DNA of 50,001 nt from positions 1 to 50,001 of IMG/VR virus record IMGVR_UViG_3300036845_000765; one strand, written 5' to 3'. The position numbers and the translations under genes are program-made. Below the pieces are notes generated by a model. That model ran no database searches. It was not told where the DNA came from and saw only the letters and a program-made list of their open reading frames with translations. Source of the DNA: a virus. Taxonomy: Duplodnaviria; Caudoviricetes. Below are positions 37,380-47,407 of this stretch, piece after piece (the first letter of the stretch is position 1; each line of letters opens with the position of its first letter).

Positions 37380-38600
37380 ATGAAACTTCCCGCACTCGCG
37401 CTAGCCGCACTCCTCGCTCTCAGCGCGAGTGCGTTCGCCCAAGGTGTCGACTCCACCCTCCAAACCCCAGCCATCTACCCTGGCATCGACGGAGGTTCCC
37501 AGTTCGTCCGGCTCGAGCCCACCCAGATCTTCTGGGACGACTACGGCGCGACCCTGGACACCACCAATCGCTGGACCACCCCAACCACCGGAGGCGGGGG
37601 TAACGCTACCGCCGCTACCAACTCCGGTGGCTCGTCTGTCCTAGGTTCCGGCACCACCGCCTCCGGCTGGTCCATCCTCCAGTCCCAAACCACCTTCGCC
37701 GGGCGCAACCCGGGATACATCACCTTCCAGGAACAAAACAACATCGAGTTCCCGGTCATCACCGGAGCCTACCGCTTCTGGGGATTCGCGACCATCCCGG
37801 GCTCGCCAACCGTAGCCGCCCCACTCACCGACGCGGTTGGCTTTGCCGTCCACTCCAACGGCCATCTCTTTGCGGAAACCTGGGCTGCGGGATCCCTAGC
37901 CCTAGCCATTGACCTCTCCATCCCCGCCACCGGCTATCAACTCTGCCAGTGCATCGGCCAGCCCCCCGATTCCGGAGTCCACAAATACCAAATCAACTTC
38001 CGGGGAGACAACATCCTATGGTGGGTGGACGGCCGACTAGTCTACCGCACCCTCTCCGGCGCGCCCGGCCCAGTAGTCAACACCCTCCCAGTCGCCCACC
38101 TCGCGGTAGCCGGCCTATCCAACATCTCCGCTTCCGCAACCATCACCCTGAACGGTACAACCATCGGCGACTCCTCCCGCAACGCAGTCCAGATCTCCGA
38201 CGGTACCTTCCCCTGGCGCAAGGTCGTTGTGGATGCCAATGGATCACTCCAGACCACAAAGCCGTTCACCCAAATCACTGGCAACGCAGCCGGATCCACA
38301 GCAGCCGTGGTCGGCACCCTAGCCGCAGCCACGGGCAAGCTAACCTACATCTGCGGCTTCAACGTTTCAGCCATTGGCGGCACCGCCTCCGTCTGCCCTG
38401 TCACCGTTGCCGGTACCACAGGCTCGTCTCAGGTCTACCAGTGCGCAGCCAACACCGCCGCCGGTGCAGTTATTGTACCAACCAACGTGTTCACTCCATG
38501 CATCCCGTCCTCCGCAGTCAACACCGCGATCACTATAACCACCACTGCAGACGCCACTGCCACCGCGGTTGACGTCAACTCCTGGGGCTACCAACAGTGA
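37380..38600 (+). CDS. Secreted protein 3 (signal peptide ...SAFA|Q, 6 Cys; ConA/GH16-like jelly-roll)
   Basis: MKLPALALAALLALSASAFAQ; HKYQINFRGDNILWWVDG. Confidence 0.8.
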   Translation: MKLPALALAALLALSASAFAQGVDSTLQTPAIYPGIDGGSQFVRLEPTQIFWDDYGATLDTTNRWTTPTTGGGGNATAATNSGGSSVLGSGTTASGWSILQSQTTFAGRNPGYITFQEQNNIEFPVITGAYRFWGFATIPGSPTVAAPLTDAVGFAVHSNGHLFAETWAAGSLALAIDLSIPATGYQLCQCIGQPPDSGVHKYQINFRGDNILWWVDGRLVYRTLSGAPGPVVNTLPVAHLAVAGLSNISASATITLNGTTIGDSSRNAVQISDGTFPWRKVVVDANGSLQTTKPFTQITGNAAGSTAAVVGTLAAATGKLTYICGFNVSAIGGTASVCPVTVAGTTGSSQVYQCAANTAAGAVIVPTNVFTPCIPSSAVNTAITITTTADATATAVDVNSWGYQQ

Positions 38601-39445
38601 GACGCCTTCTCTTAGCCCTACCCACCCTCCTATCGCTGAGCAGCCCCTCCCATGCCCAGCTATTCCAATGCGCGCCTGGAATCTGTCCCTGGGCTATCTT
38701 CACCGGCTTTGCCTCTGCCATCGCTACCCCAACCCAAACCCTCGATGGCACTGCCACCGGCACCAGCCATGCCTCAACAACCGTTACATCCGCCGGCCTA
38801 ACCACCGCCGGCACAAACGATATCCTCGTCGCCTATGTCTTCAACAACCGAACTGCGGCCCAGGCCAGTGCCACGTCCGTATCCGGCATCACCGATTCTA
38901 GCACCCTAACCTGGGCCCGTCGAGGCTCAGCCTGTTCCTTCCAATCAGGCGCCGCTGGCACTCCGTTCATCACCGCAGAAATATGGTGGGCCTTAGCCCC
39001 AACCGCGCAAGCCTCAAACGTCCTCACCATAACCTTCTCCGCAGTAACCGACAACGCCATCGTCATCGTCTCCGGCGTAACCGGAAGCAAAACCGCAACC
39101 CCATTCGACACCAACGCATCCTTACCCAAATGCGTCACTTCCAGCGCCACCACCGCGCCAACCGCAACCGCGGTCTCCACAACCTGCAACCACACCTTCA
39201 TGCTCGCCGGGACCACCTCAGCCAACACCGCTTCCGACCCAGGAACCCAAACCATCGGCAACTCCCCAGCGATGTTCACAGCAATCAGCCTCAACAACCT
39301 CGCCGCAGCTGGGATCAACTTCCTTCGCGGGGCCAACGAATACCTAGCCAACTCCTCAGCCCAATCCTCGGTCAGTCCAGGCTTCTCCACATCCTGGGCC
39401 GGTTGGGCCATCCTCGTCGATGCACTTCAAGCAACCACCTGCTAA
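38597..39445 (+). CDS. Secreted beta-rich protein 4 (signal peptide ...PSHA|Q, 6 Cys)
   Basis: MRRLLLALPTLLSLSSPSHAQ; Thr/Ala/Ser-rich. Confidence 0.78.
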   Translation: MRRLLLALPTLLSLSSPSHAQLFQCAPGICPWAIFTGFASAIATPTQTLDGTATGTSHASTTVTSAGLTTAGTNDILVAYVFNNRTAAQASATSVSGITDSSTLTWARRGSACSFQSGAAGTPFITAEIWWALAPTAQASNVLTITFSAVTDNAIVIVSGVTGSKTATPFDTNASLPKCVTSSATTAPTATAVSTTCNHTFMLAGTTSANTASDPGTQTIGNSPAMFTAISLNNLAAAGINFLRGANEYLANSSAQSSVSPGFSTSWAGWAILVDALQATTC

Positions 39446-39465
39446 CCAGAAAGGAACTCCCTCCC

Positions 39466-40176
39466 ATGGCCCGTTGGAAACTTACCGAGCCCCACTACCT
39501 TAACGTCCCAGGAACCAAATGGGAACAAACCATAACCGATCGCGCCACCGGCAAACAGATCCGCAAGATCTACAACGTCCCAACCCATTTCCACCCAGAT
39601 GTGGATGCCGACTGCAACCGCCGCGATGGCTTCGATCAGTTCATCATCGTCTGTCACGAAGGCAAAGGCCACCCCGATGGCAAGGACATTGTCTTCGTTG
39701 GCGACCCAACACCGGGAATGCTCCCCATCGACGACGAAGCCCGCGAGCTCTCATCCAAGTTCGCGTGGAAACCAACCCAGGGAACCGACGATATCTCACA
39801 AAGCAACAGCTTCTCTTCCCAGCTTCTCGGCGGTCTCCTCGACCAAATGTCCGAACTCCAAACCAAAGTCGTCGCAGTCCAAAGCCCAGGCATGGACAAG
39901 TTCATGGAAACCATGGCTGCGATGATGCTTCAGCAAACCCAGATCCTCGCCGCGATTGCCGGGAAGCAGGCTGTGGTCGAGCCCCCGGCCGAGCAAAAAG
40001 CTGAACAGCAAATGGTTGAAGAGCTCGATCTCGAACCGGTCATCGACGAAGAGCCTCCCTTGGACGATGCTCCCATAACCAAGCGCGAGATCGACCAAGC
40101 CTCCAAGGCCGCGGCTGCCAAGGACAAGGCTTCCGTGGAACGTGCCATGGAACGTGTCTCCTCCAGGCGAGTCTAA
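39466..40176 (+). CDS. Hypothetical cytoplasmic protein in the structural operon
   Basis: AAGGA RBS; MARWKLTEPHYL. Confidence 0.75.
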   Translation: MARWKLTEPHYLNVPGTKWEQTITDRATGKQIRKIYNVPTHFHPDVDADCNRRDGFDQFIIVCHEGKGHPDGKDIVFVGDPTPGMLPIDDEARELSSKFAWKPTQGTDDISQSNSFSSQLLGGLLDQMSELQTKVVAVQSPGMDKFMETMAAMMLQQTQILAAIAGKQAVVEPPAEQKAEQQMVEELDLEPVIDEEPPLDDAPITKREIDQASKAAAAKDKASVERAMERVSSRRV

Positions 40177-40179
40177 CTC

Positions 40180-40605
40180 ATGCCCAGCCAGCTCGACTTG
40201 GACCAAGGCGGTACCGTTCGCCAAACCCAGCTGGTCAACCTAGGACCCTCCGTTGGCTGGGTCCTAGCTCCCTACGCATGGTACTGGGCAATAACCACAG
40301 CCGGTACCACCAATATCCTCCGAGGAACCTCTGTGGTCACAATCAATGTCAACGGAAATGTCAACGTTCAACTACCATCCGCCAAGCAAAACCCAGCCGG
40401 CCCACAAGCCGTCCCTGGATCCTTCATTGGCGCGCCAGTTACCATTCTAGACCTTGGAGGCTTCGCACCTGGGGCAGTCTATACCATCCTCCCATTCGGT
40501 GCCGAACTCATCGATGGCCTAGCCTCAATCGTGATCTCTTCCCAATACGGTCTCTATCAGCTCCAACCCAACCTCATCTCCGGTGGATGGAATCTTCGAC
40601 AATGA
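40180..40605 (+). CDS. Small fibre/baseplate-like beta protein without signal peptide
   Basis: VTINVNGNVNVQLPSA...VTILD...TILPFGAELIDG pattern resembling fibre-attachment domains. Confidence 0.55.
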   Translation: MPSQLDLDQGGTVRQTQLVNLGPSVGWVLAPYAWYWAITTAGTTNILRGTSVVTINVNGNVNVQLPSAKQNPAGPQAVPGSFIGAPVTILDLGGFAPGAVYTILPFGAELIDGLASIVISSQYGLYQLQPNLISGGWNLRQ

Positions 40606-41939
40606 GAAAGCTCATCCTAGCTCTGGTCATCGCGCTGTTCCCGACCCTGGCGATGGCCCAATGCAACGGCGTCTTCGCTCCACATACCGCCTGTGGCAAC
40701 GGCACCAACAACCCAGCTATCCCAGGCCAAGTGGTTATCACCGCTCTCGGTGCCAATACCTTTGCCAACATCGCAGCACTCCGGGCCAACACTCAGGCAT
40801 TCCCAACTGTCTATGTCCAAGGCTACACGACAGTCGCTGATGGTGGGGAAGGTGTATTCAACTACGTCGCTTCCGACACAACCACCACAGACAACAACTG
40901 CACAATCTTCGTTGATGCCTCAGGCCATCGCTACTACCGGCCACTTCAATTAGATCTATCCGTCAAGTGGTGTGGCGCTAAAGGTAATAGCTCAACCGAT
41001 GACACGACAGCAATTCAGGGTGCTATAAACACTGCCAAAGCCTACACCAACGGAGCTTTGTGCGTTATCTTCCCGCCAGGGAACTATGTCATAAGCTCGC
41101 TAAACGCGACTCACTGGACCGGTGGCTGCATGCGGGGTGCTCCTGGGTCGCAGGGTTCTGTCATCTATGCGGCTAATCAAGTATCGCCCGCACCCATCTT
41201 GGATATAACGTCTTCTCCCGGCACGTACTTCGCCAATCTTCTATTCTTCGGAACGACGGCCGGGGGTGCAGCCCCGGCCGTGTTTCCCAATGTAGGTGTA
41301 CTCATTGCTGCCGGACCTGGCTTATCTGACACCGATCTTATCCGTTTCGATTTCGTGCAGTTCGCTGGGTTTTTCAGCACAGCGGCCTGCTACGTCTATT
41401 CGGTCTCGGACCTCCGGTTCGATTCAGTCAACTGTGTCAACGACAATACGTCCGTCGGCTATGGATTTGTTGCTGGAGGGGTAAATGTCTTTTCGGTGAC
41501 GTCTCCGTATACCACAATCGGAACTGGCACAGGAGTGTCTGGTGATCTTACTTGGTATGGTGGATCCGGGGGTATTGGCGAACTTGCACCTAGTCAATCA
41601 ACCATTCTCCTCGTCGGGGTACAAGGCTATCGGTTCCGCGATGGCGTGATTGGCGCCGGTGCTACATCACATTTCATCCAAATCCAAGGTACGTGTAGCT
41701 CGTGCACATTTGAGTCTATCGAGCTTAACACTACTTCAGGTACTCTTCCAACCGATCTATTCTTCTTCAGCGGTGCAACCATCACTGGTATGTTCATTGC
41801 CAATCTACAATCCGGAGGACAATATTCTGGAAACATGTTGAACGGTGGCAGTTCGACAATAACCGGCGGGGCCATCGTCGGCATGGTTCCTGCTTCCATC
41901 ACTGGGCCGTTCGCGGCTAGTTTCAGCCATCTGCCGTAA
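40602..41939 (+). CDS. Tailspike-like pectate-lyase-3/beta-helix protein with signal peptide (...LAMA|Q, 10 Cys)
   Basis: FANIAALR, GYTTVADGGEGVF, SVKWCGAKGNSSTDDTTAIQGAI, VIFPPGNY; ATGA overlap at 40602. Confidence 0.85.
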   Translation: MRKLILALVIALFPTLAMAQCNGVFAPHTACGNGTNNPAIPGQVVITALGANTFANIAALRANTQAFPTVYVQGYTTVADGGEGVFNYVASDTTTTDNNCTIFVDASGHRYYRPLQLDLSVKWCGAKGNSSTDDTTAIQGAINTAKAYTNGALCVIFPPGNYVISSLNATHWTGGCMRGAPGSQGSVIYAANQVSPAPILDITSSPGTYFANLLFFGTTAGGAAPAVFPNVGVLIAAGPGLSDTDLIRFDFVQFAGFFSTAACYVYSVSDLRFDSVNCVNDNTSVGYGFVAGGVNVFSVTSPYTTIGTGTGVSGDLTWYGGSGGIGELAPSQSTILLVGVQGYRFRDGVIGAGATSHFIQIQGTCSSCTFESIELNTTSGTLPTDLFFFSGATITGMFIANLQSGGQYSGNMLNGGSSTITGGAIVGMVPASITGPFAASFSHLP

Positions 41940-41949
41940 GGACTCTCTC

Positions 41950-43355
41950 ATGACCGACTCCCCAACCGACAACGACCGTCTCGATCGCATCGCGCGCGAA
42001 CTCAAAGACATCCGGGTCATGATGACCAAGGTCATCTTCTACATGACCGAAGCAGAAGCCGAAGTCTCTGAGAAGATGCGTCGGTTCATCATGTACTTCC
42101 ACGACATCCATGACATCCGCAACCTCTATCACGAAGGCGGCCAAGAAGCTCCCGACTGGGTCCGTATGGAACTCCAACGCTGTGACGATCGCTTTCGCCA
42201 ACTGGTCCGCGAAGCCCACACAGACGGCGGGGTGTTCGAAAAGGTCCGCCGCGAAATGGCTGCGGATGAAGAGAACCGCTGGGACCACACTCGCCAACTC
42301 CACGCTCCACCAAAGAAGGAACCATCCCAATGAAACAAGGACGCGTTACCACCACCGGCAATGACTCCAAAGTCGAACCATCCCCACACGCCAAGAACCC
42401 AGGCTATGTCTCCTACCTAGGCAACAAACTCGGCAACCACGCAACCGACTCCGGAGACTTCGCGCCGAACTTCACTCCGGAGACCTCGGGGCGGGGGTAT
42501 AAGGCTCCGGGGATCGGAGCGAGTTCACACAAATCAGGCAGCCAAGGGAAACACTAGCCATGATCTACACCGACGAAATCGCTACCCTACTCCACATCCA
42601 CGACAAAGCCTTCGCGCTGGGCACCCCAACACTGAACATCGCCAACGCCGCGATGGCTAGGCTTAGGCAGATCAATGATCAGATCAAGGTGGACGCCTTC
42701 GAGCCTCCGAAGCTTTCCACCCCTGTTGCTGAGCCTGAACCGGTCGAGCCCAAGAAGGAACCAGAGCTAGTCATCATCCCGGAGCCGGAACCAACCGTCC
42801 ACGAAGACGAACCCCAAACCCACGTAGAGGAAACCCACGACCATGACTGACATTCTTTCCCAATACGGTCCCGGCACCAGCCAGCCCCAGCGACCAGTCT
42901 CCAAGTGCGGAGGCGTGCTTCCGGGTGACACCAAGGACGTGCGGAACTACTCCCCACCGATGGGTCCCAAAGGCATCACTCAGTCCCAATCCCCTGGGCT
43001 CCATGGATCCAATGCTGGCAACACCAACGGCCCGGACAATGGTGGGTCACACGGTGGATCTCCTGGATTGGGCGGAACCAATCACGGGTGCTGTGGCTCC
43101 CAAGGCAAATACTAATCATAGGAGAGTGAAATGACGATTCGGTGTAAGATGAATCTCGAGAATGTGATCGCACAGCAGTGGGGTGGGGTGAAAGCCATCT
43201 ATCGTTGTACATACGACTCAAAGGTTGCTGAAGATGTGAGCTTTCAAAAAGCCACACCATCTGGCTTTGCTGAGTTCCAAGTCGACAATCCAAAAGCCAT
43301 CGAGCAAATGGTTATTGGCAAAAGCTACTACGTCGACTTTACCCCTGCTGACTAA
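41950..43355 (+). other. Five small genes (41950-42333, 42330-42557, 42560-42850, 42843-43115, 43131-43355), two of them Gly/Ser-rich and disordered
   Basis: Coupled ORFs; the last has an FQKATPSG...VDNP motif. Confidence 0.65.
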
Positions 43356-43370
43356 CCCAGAGAGTCTCCG

Positions 43371-44510
43371 ATGGCTGACCAAATCTCAATCTACAACCGT
43401 GCCCTCGCCAGCTTCGGCGCGCGCACGACTGTTCAGGCATCGGAGATTACCTCGCCAGTCTCCAACGAAGCCATCCAAGCCAACCTCATCTACATCCCCT
43501 ATCTCCGTCGCCTCCTCCGCATGGCCCCTTGGCAATGTGCCTTCAACGCGGCCCAGCTAACCTACATCACCTCCGTCTACGGAACTCCCGAGAACGTCAC
43601 CGCGGCGCAGACCATCTGGGCCAAGGGCCAGCCCATGCCGCCCTATGCCTATGAATACCAATACCCAGCGGACTGCGTCATGGCCCGCTGGGTCACTCCC
43701 CAGACCGCCACCGGGTTCGCCTCAGGCATCCCAATCACCACAGCCGTCACCGGGGGAGCTCCAACCTTCTGGCAAGGCCCACCGGTGAAGTTCACAACCG
43801 GTGTGGATCAGTTCTTCAACGTGACCGGTGTAACTGTCCCCGTTGGAGGGGGCGGGTATGCGGTTGGGGACCTTGTGACTTTGGCCCTAGTCCCCAACAC
43901 CTCCATCCTCACCAACCAACTCTCCACCTTCCCAGTCGGCTCTCCCCAAGGCGCTGCACCAGTTGTCACCGTCACATCCATCCAAGGCCCCGGTCCCACC
44001 GGCCCGATCTCCACAGTCGCCCCATTCTCCATCCTCCCAACCGAGGACACTCCATTCACCGGATCGTTGTTCTACCAATACGCTACCCTCCCAGTTCCAC
44101 AAGGCTCCTCAACCGGCGGCGGAACCGGAGCGTCCTTCAACCTCGTCTACGGCGGACCTTCCGACCAGCGCGTCATCCTCTGTAACCAAGAATTCGCAAT
44201 CCTCAACTACGTCAAACTTGTCCTCGACCCCAACGCCTGGGATGATTCCTTCCAAGAAGCTTTCGTCCTCATCCTCGGTGGCGCCCTCTGCAAGGCCCTA
44301 ACCGGCGACACCAAGCGCGCTAACCTCGCCATCGCCCAGGCTAACGCGATGATAATGGAAGCTCGAGGCAATGATGGGAATGAAGGCTTGCGAGTCAACG
44401 ACGTCACCCCAGACTGGTTAAGAACTAGAGGAATTGATTATGTAGAAGACTACAGTGGTCCCTACAATACGGGTTTTAATTATGGGGCTATCTGGCCAGG
44501 ATTCACATGA
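43371..44510 (+). CDS. Tail adaptor (tubular protein A, T7 gp11-like) with internal beta-domain insertion
   Basis: IYNRAL, PWQCA, YEYQYPADC, WDDSFQEAF..ALTGD. Confidence 0.85.
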   Translation: MADQISIYNRALASFGARTTVQASEITSPVSNEAIQANLIYIPYLRRLLRMAPWQCAFNAAQLTYITSVYGTPENVTAAQTIWAKGQPMPPYAYEYQYPADCVMARWVTPQTATGFASGIPITTAVTGGAPTFWQGPPVKFTTGVDQFFNVTGVTVPVGGGGYAVGDLVTLALVPNTSILTNQLSTFPVGSPQGAAPVVTVTSIQGPGPTGPISTVAPFSILPTEDTPFTGSLFYQYATLPVPQGSSTGGGTGASFNLVYGGPSDQRVILCNQEFAILNYVKLVLDPNAWDDSFQEAFVLILGGALCKALTGDTKRANLAIAQANAMIMEARGNDGNEGLRVNDVTPDWLRTRGIDYVEDYSGPYNTGFNYGAIWPGFT

Positions 44511-47407
44511 GCAAGCCAGTCATCCAAACCTCCTTCAACGCTGGCGAATGGGCCCCGGCCCTGAACGCTCGTGTCGATCTTGCCAAGTACCATAGTGGAG
44601 CTGCTCTCCTCCGCAACTTCTTCGTGGACTACCGCGGAGGCGCCACCACCCGCCCAGGGACCAAATACATCGCCTCAGTCATCAACCCCGGCTCAGCATT
44701 CCCGGCTCGGCTGATCCCGTTCCAGGCATCGTCCAGTATCGCCTATGCCCTGGAGTTCGGCCAGAATTACATTGGGTTCTATTTCAACGGCGCCCCGGTT
44801 GTGGAGAACGCAACTACCATCAACACAATCTCCAATGCCAACCCTGGGGTGGTCAGTGACACTGCCCATGGGTATTCCACCCTTGACAGGGTACTCATCA
44901 CCGGCGTCGGCGGGATGACCCAAGTCAATGGGCAGGTATACAGAATAACCGTAATTGACGTCAACCGCTACACACTCAAAGACATCTTCGGCAATGTTGT
45001 TGACACGACCAGCTTTGGCACTTACACTTCCGGAGGTACCGCTCAGCGGGTCTATATCATCTCGTCCCCATACCTATCCAGCGAAGTATTTCAGATCAAA
45101 TATACCCAGAACGTAAGCACTCTCATCCTAACCCACCCAAACCATCCTCCGTACGTCCTGACCCTAATCACCGCGACCAACTGGACCTTGGCCGCTATTG
45201 TCTTCGGCTCAACCGCGCCAGTACCAAGCCCGAGCGCCACCTCCACCCTCGGTGCTGGATCGGTCAACTACTCCTACTGCGTCACCGCCGTCGACGTAAC
45301 CGGCCAAGAAAGCGCACCTGGATTCGGTTCGGCCACGCTAGCGGGTCTGCTAGATCTCAGAACCACTCCCGGGACCAACACAATCTCCTGGATAGCCACA
45401 GCCAACACAGCCAGCTACAATGTTTACAAAGCAGAACTTAGGTATGGCACCCCAGTTCCCAGCGGTGCCCAGTTTGGATTCATAGGCAATTGCACAGGCG
45501 TGTCATTTATCGATAGCAACATCGCGCCAGACTTTGCCACAACCCCTCCTGTGGTTCAAAACCCATTCTCCGGATCCGGAGTCCAGAATGTAACCGTAAA
45601 CTTCTCAGGCAATAACTACCCGGCGGTACCATCTGTCACATTCACCGCTGCACCAGCCGGTGGATCCACCGCTACCGGCTTTGCCGTGATGACCGGGATT
45701 GCCTTCTCAATCGCCTCGGCCGGATCCTTCTACATCGTTGGCGATGTTATAAACTTCGCCCAGGGTGTTGTTGGGCAGGTTGCTTCTGCTACCCCTATAA
45801 TACCCGGAGGTGGGGGTTCGCCCGGATCCGGAGGGAACGTAACCGGCATTACCATCATAAACTCCGGTGCGGTGATTGGTCCTGGGGTAGCGTTGACCAA
45901 CCCACTAGGGCAGGTCACGACCACCAGTGCTAGGGGGACCGGGTTTATTATGAACGCAAACTGGGCTGTGATCTCGGTATCGCTAACCTCAGCCGGGGCG
46001 GGGTATCTAGTAGCCCCAACTATCACATTCAGCGGAAGCTTCGGTGCCGTGGCCACAGCTACGCTCGGTGGCGCTTCCCAGGGTAGTGGGATCGCGGTAG
46101 GGAACTCCACAGTCGCGGGATACTTCCAACAGCGTTTGGTCCTCGCTGGGCCGGTTAGCAATCCCCAGCAATTCAACATGTCCCAGCCTGGACAATACTA
46201 CAATTTCAACATCAGCAACCCTCCCCAGGCTGATGACGCTATCTCTGGAACCCTGGTCTCTGGGCAGTTAAACACAATCAAATCCATGATCGCTATGCCA
46301 ACAGGCCTGATCGTGTTTAGCGATCGCCAAGCTTGGCTGATCAACGGAGGGTTCAACGCTGCGCCGGTGTCAGCATTGGCCACTACCGCGAACTCCCAAG
46401 CCTACAATGGCTCATCCGATCTCCAGCCGATAGTGGCTAACTATGATATCTTGTACGTCCAAGCCAAGGGTTCGGTTGTCCGGGATCTGACCTATAACTT
46501 CTACACCAACATCTTCACGGGTAGCGACATCTCAGTCCTGTCCAGCCATCTATTCTACGGCTACAAAATCGTCCAATGGGCCTGGGCCGAGGAGCCATTC
46601 CGCCTTGTCTGGGCTGTCCGCAGCGATGGTGCCCTGCTATCCCTGACCTTTCTAAAAGAACAAGAAATGCTTGCTTGGTCCCACCATGATACCGGGTTTG
46701 GAACATTCCGGTCGATTTGTACCATCACCGAGTCAACGCCCACCGGCACCGTTGATGCTATTTATGTCATCGTCCAGCGTCAGATAAACGGCCAAGCGAT
46801 GAACTATGTGGAAAGGCTTGTGGAATTACCACAGCCTACCAGTTACAGATTCTCTTGGCAAGTCGATGCTGGGATACAGTATAGCGGAGCCGCAGCCTCA
46901 ACCTTCTCCGGGGCACAGCATCTAGCCGGCATGCCCGTCACCGGATTGGCTGATGGTGTTGTTATCAATTTCACCATGCCAACTTCCGGGACGTTTGTGT
47001 TTGGCAACGGCGGGACCGCTGGCCTAACCAACATCGCACCTTCGTCGGTGGTCACGGTTGGTCTAGCCTTCACTCCCCAGATCCAAACCCTGGCCCTGGA
47101 CCTTGGCGAACCAACCGTTCAGGGCAAGCGCAAGAAGGTTTCTGCAGTGACCGTCCGGGTTGCCAATGCTCTAGGCTTGTACGCAGGCAAAACCCTAACC
47201 ACTACCCAGCCAATAAAGGATCTCATCATCGGCCAAACCGGAACCATGTCCAACGCGCCGGTTACCGATCTCCAAACCACAGATTGCCGACTCTACATCG
47301 ACCCAGCCTGGGACGTGTTTGGGCAATATTTCATCACCCAACCAAACCCATACCCGGCGTCCGTGCTCGGCGTGATCCCAGAGATTGAAATTGGGGATGA
47401 CCCATGA
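44507..47407 (+). CDS. Tail nozzle (tubular protein B, T7 gp12-like) with inserted domains
   Basis: QTSFNAGEWAP, RPGT, YFQQRLVLAG, AWSHHD, VGLAF. Confidence 0.9.
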   Translation: MSKPVIQTSFNAGEWAPALNARVDLAKYHSGAALLRNFFVDYRGGATTRPGTKYIASVINPGSAFPARLIPFQASSSIAYALEFGQNYIGFYFNGAPVVENATTINTISNANPGVVSDTAHGYSTLDRVLITGVGGMTQVNGQVYRITVIDVNRYTLKDIFGNVVDTTSFGTYTSGGTAQRVYIISSPYLSSEVFQIKYTQNVSTLILTHPNHPPYVLTLITATNWTLAAIVFGSTAPVPSPSATSTLGAGSVNYSYCVTAVDVTGQESAPGFGSATLAGLLDLRTTPGTNTISWIATANTASYNVYKAELRYGTPVPSGAQFGFIGNCTGVSFIDSNIAPDFATTPPVVQNPFSGSGVQNVTVNFSGNNYPAVPSVTFTAAPAGGSTATGFAVMTGIAFSIASAGSFYIVGDVINFAQGVVGQVASATPIIPGGGGSPGSGGNVTGITIINSGAVIGPGVALTNPLGQVTTTSARGTGFIMNANWAVISVSLTSAGAGYLVAPTITFSGSFGAVATATLGGASQGSGIAVGNSTVAGYFQQRLVLAGPVSNPQQFNMSQPGQYYNFNISNPPQADDAISGTLVSGQLNTIKSMIAMPTGLIVFSDRQAWLINGGFNAAPVSALATTANSQAYNGSSDLQPIVANYDILYVQAKGSVVRDLTYNFYTNIFTGSDISVLSSHLFYGYKIVQWAWAEEPFRLVWAVRSDGALLSLTFLKEQEMLAWSHHDTGFGTFRSICTITESTPTGTVDAIYVIVQRQINGQAMNYVERLVELPQPTSYRFSWQVDAGIQYSGAAASTFSGAQHLAGMPVTGLADGVVINFTMPTSGTFVFGNGGTAGLTNIAPSSVVTVGLAFTPQIQTLALDLGEPTVQGKRKKVSAVTVRVANALGLYAGKTLTTTQPIKDLIIGQTGTMSNAPVTDLQTTDCRLYIDPAWDVFGQYFITQPNPYPASVLGVIPEIEIGDDP

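Noticed and set aside
38983-40601. N-terminal extensions of ORF-track calls 38983, 40278 and 36197
   Set aside because: They overlap upstream genes; RBS or ATGA coupling supports starts at 39466, 40602 and 36284.
40602-40670. Lipoprotein signal in the tailspike-like protein (LAMAQC)
   Set aside because: Gln before Cys does not fit the lipobox; an SPI site A-M-A|Q matches the four sister genes.
36284-47407. Diversity-generating retroelement as in BPP-1
   Set aside because: No reverse transcriptase motifs and no template/variable repeat pair differing at adenines were seen.
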